This document shows positions 25,019-32,361 of a stretch of DNA of 38,583 nucleotides, in pieces. Under the pieces are notes generated by a model, which was not told the origin of the DNA, made no database searches, and saw only the letters and a program-made list of their open reading frames with translations. Source of the stretch: an uncultured Anaerolineales bacterium (GTDB lineage Bacteria > Chloroflexota > Anaerolineae > Anaerolineales > VGOW01); contig CAYSIV010000011.1 in assembly GCA_964431175.1 (NCBI GenBank), forward strand, positions 1-38,583, given 5' to 3'. The translations under genes and the position numbers were made by a program. Position 1 is the first letter of the stretch; each line of letters starts with the position of its first letter.

Positions 25019-25357
25019 TCACTTGAGATATCTGACAATGAAGCGCTCCAGGCGTCGCCATTGTTTGCAGTCGTCCTTGGTTCCAATTTTGGCAATATAG
25101 GGTTTCTTAATAACTTTGCCATCATTAGGATGAAGATGATCAGCGGAGAGAAGAACAACAGAGTTATCAGTTTCTTTGATAAATTGCTCTAAATGTCCGT
25201 GGTCATTTTGGGCTGTCAAAACCACACTGGCATTGACGAACCGTTTTGAGATAGTTAACTCTCGATCATCAGCCATAACTTTACCTGCGGAAAGTAGTTC
25301 GTTGAGTGTTTGCTTTCGGCTTCGTATCCAATCTGGCGGCATATATCCTAAAATCAA
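25019..25357 (-). CDS. hypothetical protein, AT-rich, no recognised domain
   Basis: 112-aa ORF in the same orientation as its neighbours. Sampled lines give roughly 32-43% GC against the GC-rich flanks. No motif recognised. Confidence 0.45.
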   Translation of the reverse strand: MILGYMPPDWIRSRKQTLNELLSAGKVMADDRELTISKRFVNASVVLTAQNDHGHLEQFIKETDNSVVLLSADHLHPNDGKVIKKPYIAKIGTKDDCKQWRRLERFIVRYLK

Positions 25358-25375
25358 AACTGCCGAAGAAGAAGG

Positions 25376-25765
25376 CTAATTGATAACTGGCGCTATAACA
25401 CTTGACACCTTTTCCCACAACGGCGGGCCGAGGATGAGCAGGCCGATGAGAACGGCGACGATGGCGGCGATGAGGACGGCGGCGGCCCCCACGTCTTTGC
25501 CCACTTTCGCCAGCGGATGATGCTCCGGGCTGGCTAAATCCACAACCGCTTCCAGAGCAGTGTTGATAAACTCGCCCATCCACACGGCCACCATTGCCAG
25601 CAGAATGATGGCCCAGTCGCGCCGATCCAATCCCACCCAAAGGCCAACAATAAAAACAGCAGTCGAGATGATAGCGTGAATCCAGGCATTGCGCTGAGTC
25701 CGCAGGACGTACCACCAGCCAGAGAAGGCGTGGCGGAAGGAAGCTAGGCGGGAAGAGGTGCGCAT
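25376..25765 (-). CDS. dgkA: diacylglycerol/undecaprenol kinase family protein
   Basis: FRHAFSGWWYV...RNAWIH...EFINTALEAVVDL...KDVGAAAVL three-TM DgkA pattern. ATG at 25765 is preferred because the longer ORF runs through an intergenic hairpin. Confidence 0.8.
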   Translation of the reverse strand: MRTSSRLASFRHAFSGWWYVLRTQRNAWIHAIISTAVFIVGLWVGLDRRDWAIILLAMVAVWMGEFINTALEAVVDLASPEHHPLAKVGKDVGAAAVLIAAIVAVLIGLLILGPPLWEKVSSVIAPVIN

Positions 25766-25768
25766 AGG

Positions 25769-25852
25769 AAAATCCCAAATCCCAAAAGCCCAACTTCCAA
25801 TCCTCCCCAGCGCCCTATGTTTTGGGGTTTGGAAATTGGGATTTGGGATTTT
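25769..25852. repeat. perfect 17-bp inverted repeat between ybeY and dgkA
   Basis: AAAATCCCAAATCCCAA (25769-25785) and TTGGGATTTGGGATTTT (25836-25852). The right arm overlaps the ybeY stop codon. Confidence 0.6.
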
Positions 25853-26318
25853 ATTCATTCTTTGACTCGGTGATTTCACACCCCAACCCGGCAAGTATCT
25901 CCGCCTGCGCTCGCCACATGATGGCTTTGTCCTCTGCACCAGCGTGGTCGTAGCCGAGTAAATGTAGAACCCCATGAACGGCGAGCAGTTGCAGTTCGGC
26001 TTCGGCGGAGTGGCCGCCGGCTTGCGCTTGGGCGTAAGCGCGCGGGTAAGAGATGATCAGATCGCCAAAGTAGCGGCCATCGTCGTCCGGGTCGTCGGAG
26101 TCGGATGGGAAGGAAAGCACGTCAGTCGGGGTGTCGTGGCCGAGGAACTGGCTGTTGAGGTTGCGCAGAGTCTCATCGTCGCCAATGGCGATGCTGAGCG
26201 AGCCAGCGGCGGCCCCTTCGCGTTTGAGGGCGGCGCGGGCGGCGTCGCGCAATAATTTGGCGGTCACGTCGCCCGAGAAGGCCTCGTCAATTTGAAGGTG
26301 AATGGTGTGTTTGGGCAT
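25851..26318 (-). CDS. ybeY: rRNA maturation endoribonuclease YbeY
   Basis: HGVLHLLGYDH zinc-binding motif; 155 aa. Confidence 0.9.
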   Translation of the reverse strand: MPKHTIHLQIDEAFSGDVTAKLLRDAARAALKREGAAAGSLSIAIGDDETLRNLNSQFLGHDTPTDVLSFPSDSDDPDDDGRYFGDLIISYPRAYAQAQAGGHSAEAELQLLAVHGVLHLLGYDHAGAEDKAIMWRAQAEILAGLGCEITESKNE

Positions 26319-26404
26319 CTTCTAAAAAGCTCCCGCTCCGCTTCGCGTTTGCAAATCCGGCGGCCCGGTGGCGGATTACAAATCTGCCAGGCGCGAAGAC
26401 TATC

Positions 26405-28525
26405 TCACCTTCTTCGCTCAACCTCTTCCTCAATTTGCTCTATCTTCTCTTCGGGATATTTTAGCCGCGAATGGAAAAAGCCCTGGAGCGTTTCGACAAA
26501 CGACTGGCGGGCCAGCTCAAGCTCCTGCAGAGTGAGGCTGCATTCGGTAAGCTGGCCGCCGGCCAGGCGGCTGTCGATGATCGTTTTGACAATCTTCTCG
26601 ATTTCTTCGCCGTTGCGCGGCAGGTCGGCGCGCGACTTGGCCTCGCACCCGTCGGCCAGCATGAGCAGAGCAGTTTCTTTGGATTGCGGCTTGGGGCCTG
26701 GGTAGCGGAATTTTGCTTTGTCCACTTTTGTCTGGTCGCCGTTTGCGGCTTTGAGCGCTCGCTGGTATTGAAAGTTGGCGATGTTTGTGCCGTGATGCTC
26801 GGCGATGCAGTCGCGGATGGCGCGGGGTAGGCGGTGTTTGGCCGCCATTTTCAAGCCGTCCGGGACGTGTTGGATGATGCACTGGGCGCTGACTTCGGGC
26901 AGGAAGCCGTCATGGGGGTTCTCGCCTTCAATTTGATTTTCCACAAAGTATTCCGGGTAGAGCGCTTTGCCAACGTCGTGAAAGAGCGCGCCGACGCGCA
27001 CCAGCACCGCATTGGCGCCGATGCATTCGGCGGCTTGCTCGGCCAGGTTCGCCACTTGCAGGCTGTGTTGATACGTGCCCGGCGCTTGCCTGAGCATGAA
27101 TTGCAGGAGCGGGTGATTGGGCCGGCCCAACTCGATCAATTGCAAGGGGGTGGTGATGTCGAAGATGGGGCTGAGGATGAAGAGGCCGCTGAGGGTGACT
27201 GAAGCTGAAATGGCGCCGTTGACCAGGCTGGCGATCAAGAGAGTCGCCAACCCGAGCGCGTCAATGTAAGGATCGGCCAAATGGAACACGAGCACGATTC
27301 CGGCATTGGCGGCAGAGGCGGCTAGCCCGGCCCAGAAAAACGAGTTCACGTGCTCACCCTTGCCCAGAGTCAGCGCCGCCACGATTCCGCCGATGGCAAC
27401 ATAGATGGTCACGTCGAGCCGGTTGTTGGCTAGCACGCCTACCAGCCCGGCGAAGATGACGGCGATAGTGATGGCGACGTTGGGGCCGAGGGCGATGGCG
27501 ATGAGCATGGCCAGACCGGCCGAGGGAAACAGATACGGCAGAACCGTCCGATCGGGAATCATGAAGCGGGCGGCGAGCAGGAAGACGAGGAAAAGGATGC
27601 CGGGGTATAACATCATCCGCGGCGAGTAGAAGAAGAACGGGTTGAAACGAGCCATGTACAGGCCGATGATGGCGACCGCGATTGCCACCGAGAGGGCGTT
27701 GCTCACCACGTTTTCCCAGCGGCTCGCCGGGGCCAGCAGGCCCAGCGCATTTAACGCTTCGAGATCGGCCTCGGTGACGATGTGGCCCCGGCTGATGACG
27801 ATTTGGCCTTGCACGAACGATTGGGAGATGGGGGCAACCGCCTCACGCGCGGCATCACGGGCCGTGGTCGTCTGGGTGTCGTTGTAGAACGAGTTAGGGG
27901 TAATGTAGGGCGTGGCCAATTGGGTAACAAGGTTGGCCTGCGCTTCGGTGAGGCTGACGCTGACCAGAGCCGGGACTCGAATCTTTGTTTCTTCCAGCCG
28001 GTCTTCGCGCACCTGGCCGCTGAGCACGCGCTCGATGACTGAGACCGCTTCGGCTTGCACGGCAGACCAACCCGCATCGCTCAAGTCGAGCAAAGCTTCA
28101 GCCATTGTGTTGTCAATGGTGAAGTCGGTGATGGCGGCGAGGTCGGAGTATCTTTGTTCCGGCGTGGCAAACACGTCGGCCCGCACCGAGGAGATGTAGT
28201 CAAACAGCCGCCGAGCACTGGTCACCTGCTGGCGGGCCACGCGGCTGTCGGGCGGGTCGTACACGTCGGGCACGGCGTTGGCCGCGGCTTCACGCGCGGC
28301 GACGGTTTGAATTTGCGAGACGTAGGTGATGGAGCGCGGGGCAATGATGTCAGCGGTAGTTACATCGCCGACGGCCAAAGAGACGGTGTCGCGGGGCGGG
28401 CTGATGGGCGCGGCCAGAATGATGGTGGCCGCGGTGAAGATCAAGCTGGCGATCATCAATAACCAGAACGTCCGCCGCCACCTGCCCATCCGCCGGGCGC
28501 CCGGTCGTGATTGAAAAGAATTCAT
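26405..28525 (-). CDS. pgpH: 7TM-HD membrane phosphohydrolase (PgpH/YqfF family)
   Basis: N-terminal TM plus extracellular domain, a seven-TM block, and a C-terminal HD domain (LFHDVGK, HHG). Sits in the conserved yqeY-pgpH-ybeY-dgkA context. Confidence 0.85.
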   Translation of the reverse strand: MNSFQSRPGARRMGRWRRTFWLLMIASLIFTAATIILAAPISPPRDTVSLAVGDVTTADIIAPRSITYVSQIQTVAAREAAANAVPDVYDPPDSRVARQQVTSARRLFDYISSVRADVFATPEQRYSDLAAITDFTIDNTMAEALLDLSDAGWSAVQAEAVSVIERVLSGQVREDRLEETKIRVPALVSVSLTEAQANLVTQLATPYITPNSFYNDTQTTTARDAAREAVAPISQSFVQGQIVISRGHIVTEADLEALNALGLLAPASRWENVVSNALSVAIAVAIIGLYMARFNPFFFYSPRMMLYPGILFLVFLLAARFMIPDRTVLPYLFPSAGLAMLIAIALGPNVAITIAVIFAGLVGVLANNRLDVTIYVAIGGIVAALTLGKGEHVNSFFWAGLAASAANAGIVLVFHLADPYIDALGLATLLIASLVNGAISASVTLSGLFILSPIFDITTPLQLIELGRPNHPLLQFMLRQAPGTYQHSLQVANLAEQAAECIGANAVLVRVGALFHDVGKALYPEYFVENQIEGENPHDGFLPEVSAQCIIQHVPDGLKMAAKHRLPRAIRDCIAEHHGTNIANFQYQRALKAANGDQTKVDKAKFRYPGPKPQSKETALLMLADGCEAKSRADLPRNGEEIEKIVKTIIDSRLAGGQLTECSLTLQELELARQSFVETLQGFFHSRLKYPEEKIEQIEEEVERRR

Positions 28526-28978
28526 TTACTTCCGGGCAAGCAACTCTTTGACCACATCGCCCACCAGTCTGCTGTCGGCCAACCCCTTGAGTTTAGGTTG
28601 AAGCACCTTCATCACCTTGCCCATGTCTGCCGGGCCAGCCGCGTTTACTTCGGCCATCACCGCTTTGGCCTGGGCGATGATTTCATCGCGCGAAAATTGC
28701 CTGGGCAGGAAGGTTTCAAGAACGGCGATCAGGGCTTCGCTCCGGGTCACCAGATCGTCGCGCAACGCCTTCCGGGCATCGGCGATGGACTCGCGCTGGA
28801 CTTTGATCTCTTTGCGGACGATGTTCTGGACGTCGTCGTCGGTCAGTTCAGTGCCGCGCTGTTCGACGGCGGCCAGTTTGATTCCGGCAATGATGCCGCG
28901 CAGGGCTGTCTTGCGTATTTCGTCGCCGGCGCGCATGGCGTTTTTGAGTTCGGTTTCGACGGTTTCTTTGAGTGACAT
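28526..28978 (-). CDS. yqeY: GatB/YqeY domain protein
   Basis: 150 aa with KNAMRAGDEIRKTALRGI...DMGKVMKVLQPKLKGLAD, typical of YqeY. Confidence 0.85.
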   Translation of the reverse strand: MSLKETVETELKNAMRAGDEIRKTALRGIIAGIKLAAVEQRGTELTDDDVQNIVRKEIKVQRESIADARKALRDDLVTRSEALIAVLETFLPRQFSRDEIIAQAKAVMAEVNAAGPADMGKVMKVLQPKLKGLADSRLVGDVVKELLARK

Positions 28979-29000
28979 GGGAGGAATTATACAATGACGA

Positions 29001-29061
29001 ATGACGAATGGCGAAAGACAAAGGCCGCAACTTTCGTCTTTCGGCCAATGTCTTTCGTCAT
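29001..29061. repeat. GACGAAAGAC-family hairpin between hit and yqeY
   Basis: ATGACGAATGGCGAAAGACA (29001-29020) pairs with TGTCTTTCGTCAT (29049-29061). Inner stem GGCCG / CGGCC. A related element lies at 31238-31311. Confidence 0.5.
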
Positions 29062-29062
29062 T

Positions 29063-29407
29063 TCACCCGGGCGGCCAGATCATGTGCCTGCCGCCGAGGA
29101 GGTGCAGGTGCAGGTGGAAGACGGTTTGGCCGCCGTGGCTGCCCTGGTTGAGGACGAGCCGATACCCATCTTCGGTCAGGCCTTCGTCGGCGGCAATCTT
29201 TTGGGCGGCGGCAAAGAGGGCGGCCAAAGTGGGCGTGTTCTCGGAAGTGAGGTCGGCCACGCCGCCCAGATGCTGGTTGGGAACGATGAGGATGTGGGTG
29301 GGGGCCTGCGGGTTGATGTCGCGAAAGGCGGTGACCAGGTCATTCTTGTGGATAATTTTAGCTGGAAGCTCACCGCTTACGATTTTGCAGAAAACGCAAT
29401 TTGACAT
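29063..29407 (-). CDS. histidine triad (HIT) family nucleotide hydrolase
   Basis: HLHLHLLGG HIT motif and a CVFCKI N-terminus. ATG at 29407 follows GAAGGAG. Confidence 0.85.
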   Translation of the reverse strand: MSNCVFCKIVSGELPAKIIHKNDLVTAFRDINPQAPTHILIVPNQHLGGVADLTSENTPTLAALFAAAQKIAADEGLTEDGYRLVLNQGSHGGQTVFHLHLHLLGGRHMIWPPG

Positions 29408-29463
29408 GATAGGCTCCTTCAGGCAGAGATGAGAGTCACTACGAAGACTCGACGGCACAAAGG

Positions 29464-29519
29464 TTCACCAAGATTTCTTTGCGGAGCTTCGCGCCTCGCG
29501 AAGCGGTCTTCCTGGTGAA
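29464..29519. repeat. REP-like hairpin (TTCACCA...TGGTGAA, central CTTCGCG-CCT-CGCGAAG)
   Basis: Ends TTCACCAAGA / TCCTGGTGAA are complementary with one mismatch. Central 7-bp stem 29487-29493 / 29497-29503. Confidence 0.5.
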
Positions 29520-29540
29520 TTGTAGCGCGAATGGAAAGAG

Positions 29541-30185
29541 TCAGGGGTTGACGATCTTGAGGTCGTCGAAGGTGACTTGGGTGTTCGGGTCGTCGAAGGT
29601 GCTGGCGAAGAGGCCGATGCGGCCCACCGCCAGATTGGCGTCGGTGACTTGCCCTAGCAAAACACCGTTGGCGTAGAACTCGAACTTGTCGCCGCGAGCG
29701 GCGAGGCGCAAGGTGTTGGCGGCGTAGCCGGTTTGGATGGCCGGGGAGGCTGTCAACTCAAAGATGGGCAACCATTGATCTTGGAGGCGGCGGCTGACGC
29801 CCCACAGGCCATCGCCCGAAATATCGAAGCGGTAAAAATTCTGTTCGTCGATGAAGCGGAAGATGACGCCGTAGCCGTTGGCCGGCCCGCCGCTGACCTG
29901 AGCCGTCGTTACAGTGAGATCGAAGTCGATGAGATTGATGGCCGCCACTGAGAAGCCGACCGTGGACGGTTGGGCGATAGTGAGAGACAGGTGGCCGTCG
30001 GCAATGACGGCGGAGGCCCCGTCCTCGTTGGCGAACGTTTCCCAATTGCCCGAGTCCTGAGAGAAGTCATCCTTGAAAAGCTCAGGCCCGATGTTTGGGG
30101 TGGGGGTAGGGTCGCCACAAGCGGCGAGCACCAACAGGCATAGCAAGGCAAGGGTTAGTAGCGCCGATCGCATGAAAGGAGGCAT
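29541..30185 (-). CDS. lipoprotein with concanavalin-A-like/LamG (DUF1080-like) domain
   Basis: MRSALLTLALLCLLVLAAC signal peptide plus lipobox, then a roughly 180-aa jelly-roll-like domain (YGVIFRF..NFYRF..RIGLF). Start at 30185 or 30173. Confidence 0.65.
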   Translation of the reverse strand: MPPFMRSALLTLALLCLLVLAACGDPTPTPNIGPELFKDDFSQDSGNWETFANEDGASAVIADGHLSLTIAQPSTVGFSVAAINLIDFDLTVTTAQVSGGPANGYGVIFRFIDEQNFYRFDISGDGLWGVSRRLQDQWLPIFELTASPAIQTGYAANTLRLAARGDKFEFYANGVLLGQVTDANLAVGRIGLFASTFDDPNTQVTFDDLKIVNP

Positions 30186-30384
30186 GAAGACAAGGGGCCA
30201 GGAAAACCGGGACGGATTAGCCAGTGTCGCGTTGGAGAGATTGGGCGTAGAGGCGAAAGTATAATCGAATGGAGTTGCAATTTCCATGCCAGTTCGTGAG
30301 GTCAACCCAGGCATGAATACATTGGCCGCCAAGTTACGGGCGGTGATGTGGACTAGATCACTGCGAATTCCGGCAACTTGGCAG

Positions 30385-30437
30385 TGTTATAATCTGAGCG
30401 CGGAGCGTTGGCAAATCCGCACTCAGATTTTTATTTT
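30385..30437 (+). promoter_or_regulatory. etfBA upstream region: extended -10 plus palindrome/terminator-like hairpin
   Basis: TGTTATAAT (30385-30393). CTGAGCGCGGA (30394-30404) / TCCGCACTCAG (30416-30426) with one mismatch, followed by ATTTTTATTTT and AGGAGG. Confidence 0.4.
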
Positions 30438-30449
30438 AGGAGGCCTCCC

Positions 30450-31238
30450 TTGCACGTAGCAGTCTGTATCAAGCAAACGCCCGACACTGCGGCCAAAGTC
30501 GAAGTGAAAGACGGGCACGTCACCTGGGGTGATGCCGGGCTGGTCATCAACCCATGGGACGATTACGGAGTTGAAGAAGCAATCCGGCTCAAAGAGAAAC
30601 ACAATGGCAAAGCCACCGCCATTTCCATGGGACCGGAAGGCGCGAAAGAAGCGCTCAAGACCTGCCTGGCCATGGGATGTGATCAGGCCATTTTGATCTC
30701 CGACCCGGCCCTCAAAGGCTCGGATGCCGGGGCCACCGCCACCGCCCTGGCCGCCGCCATTCAAAAGTTGGGCGATGTGGATCTTGTCATCTTTGGCAAG
30801 CAAGCCATTGACGGCGATACCGGGCTGACCGCCGTGGCCGTGGCGGCCAAACTCGGTTGGACTCCCCTCACATACCTCTCCAAGATCGAAGTTGAGGCCT
30901 CGGCCAAGACAATCGCCGTCGAACGATCGCTCGAAGAAGGCAAACAACTCTGCACCGCCAAATTGCCCGCTATCGTCAGCGTGGTCAAAGACATCAACGA
31001 GCCGCGCTACCCGTCGTTCATGGGCATTCGCAAGGCCGCCAAAGCCGCCATCCCCATCTGGTCAGTGGCCGACCTGGGCCTCGACCCTGCCAAAGTTGGC
31101 GCGGCTGGCTCGGCAGTGACCTGGCCCGAAGTTTATCCGCTCCCGGCGCGCGAGAGCAACGTCGAACTCCTCGACGGCTCCCCCGAAGAGATCGCCGTCA
31201 AGCTGGCCGATAAGTTAATTGCAGAGAAGGTGATCTAA
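30450..31238 (+). CDS. etfB: electron transfer flavoprotein beta subunit
   Basis: HVAVCIKQTPD N-terminus typical of EtfB. TTG at 30450 follows AGGAGG (30439-30444). The ORF-track start at 30408 is less likely. Confidence 0.85.
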   Translation: MHVAVCIKQTPDTAAKVEVKDGHVTWGDAGLVINPWDDYGVEEAIRLKEKHNGKATAISMGPEGAKEALKTCLAMGCDQAILISDPALKGSDAGATATALAAAIQKLGDVDLVIFGKQAIDGDTGLTAVAVAAKLGWTPLTYLSKIEVEASAKTIAVERSLEEGKQLCTAKLPAIVSVVKDINEPRYPSFMGIRKAAKAAIPIWSVADLGLDPAKVGAAGSAVTWPEVYPLPARESNVELLDGSPEEIAVKLADKLIAEKVI

Positions 31239-31311
31239 GACGAAAGACGACCGACGGTAGACGACGGACGACGGTGCTAAGCGTTCGTCTTTCGTCTGTC
31301 GTCCATCGTCA
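31238..31311. repeat. GACGAAAGACGA-family hairpin between etfB and etfA
   Basis: AGACGAAAGACGA (31238-31250) and its exact complement TCGTCTTTCGTCT (31286-31298). Alternative pairing GACGACGGACGAC / GTCGTCCATCGTC. Confidence 0.55.
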
Positions 31312-31319
31312 TCCAAACT

Positions 31320-32312
31320 ATGGCAAACATTTGGGTTTACATCGATCAATTCAAAGGCGCGGCTCTGACGGCGTCGTGGGAAGCGTTGGGCGCGGCCAGG
31401 AAGCTAGCCGGCGGCATGAATGCGAACGTGACGGCGCTGGTGTTCGGCCACAACGTCGAGGGCATTGCGAAGGAAGCGTTTGAATACGGCGCGGACGCAG
31501 TAACGCTGGGTGACGATCCGACTCTGGCCGACTTCCGCACCCGGCCCTACGCCGCCTTGCTCGCCAAATTGGCCGCCGACTCCAAGCCGGACGTGGTTCT
31601 GGCCCCCAACACCACTCGTGGGCGCGACATGATGGGCCTGGCGGCCATTACACTCAACACGTCCGTCGTCGCCGACGGCATTGCCTTGAACAACAAAGAC
31701 GGCGCAGTGTACGTGACCCATCCGGCTTATGCCGGCAAACTGCTCAGCACCGTCGTCGCCAAAGAGGGCCGCTCGTTTCACTCGCAATTCATCACCCTGC
31801 GCCCGCGCGCCTTCCCCAAGCCTGAGCCGGTAGCGGCCAAGAGCGGGGCGATCACTAAAGTGGACGCTGTTCTCAAAGAAGACGAGATTGCCACGAAGGT
31901 GACGGGCTACTCGATTGAAGAAGGCAAGGTGAGTCTCGCCGACGCCAAGATCATCGTCTCGGGCGGGCGCGGCGTGGGCGGCCCCGAGGGCTTTGCCCCG
32001 GTGCGCGAACTGGCGGAAGTGCTGGGTGGAGCCATGGGCGCCAGCCGCGCCGCTGTGGACGCGGGCTGGATTCCTTACGCCCATCAAGTCGGCCAAACGG
32101 GCCGCACCGTTGCTCCTGACCTGTACATCGCTTGCGGCATCTCTGGCGCGATCCAGCATCAGGCCGGGATGCGAACATCGAAAGTGATCGTCGCCATCAA
32201 CAAAGACGCCGAAGCGCCGATCTTCAAACTGGCCCGCTTCGGTGTTGTGGGCGACCTCTTCAAGATAGCGCCCGCGTTGAGCGCGGAGTTTAGGAAGAGG
32301 TTGGGGAAGTAG
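31320..32312 (+). CDS. etfA: electron transfer flavoprotein alpha subunit
   Basis: C-terminal FAD-binding region VSGGRGVG...YIACGISGAIQHQAGM. Confidence 0.9.
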   Translation: MANIWVYIDQFKGAALTASWEALGAARKLAGGMNANVTALVFGHNVEGIAKEAFEYGADAVTLGDDPTLADFRTRPYAALLAKLAADSKPDVVLAPNTTRGRDMMGLAAITLNTSVVADGIALNNKDGAVYVTHPAYAGKLLSTVVAKEGRSFHSQFITLRPRAFPKPEPVAAKSGAITKVDAVLKEDEIATKVTGYSIEEGKVSLADAKIIVSGGRGVGGPEGFAPVRELAEVLGGAMGASRAAVDAGWIPYAHQVGQTGRTVAPDLYIACGISGAIQHQAGMRTSKVIVAINKDAEAPIFKLARFGVVGDLFKIAPALSAEFRKRLGK

Positions 32313-32361
32313 AGTACCACTAACCAAAACTTGACTACCCTGGTGTTGAATATGAGCTATC

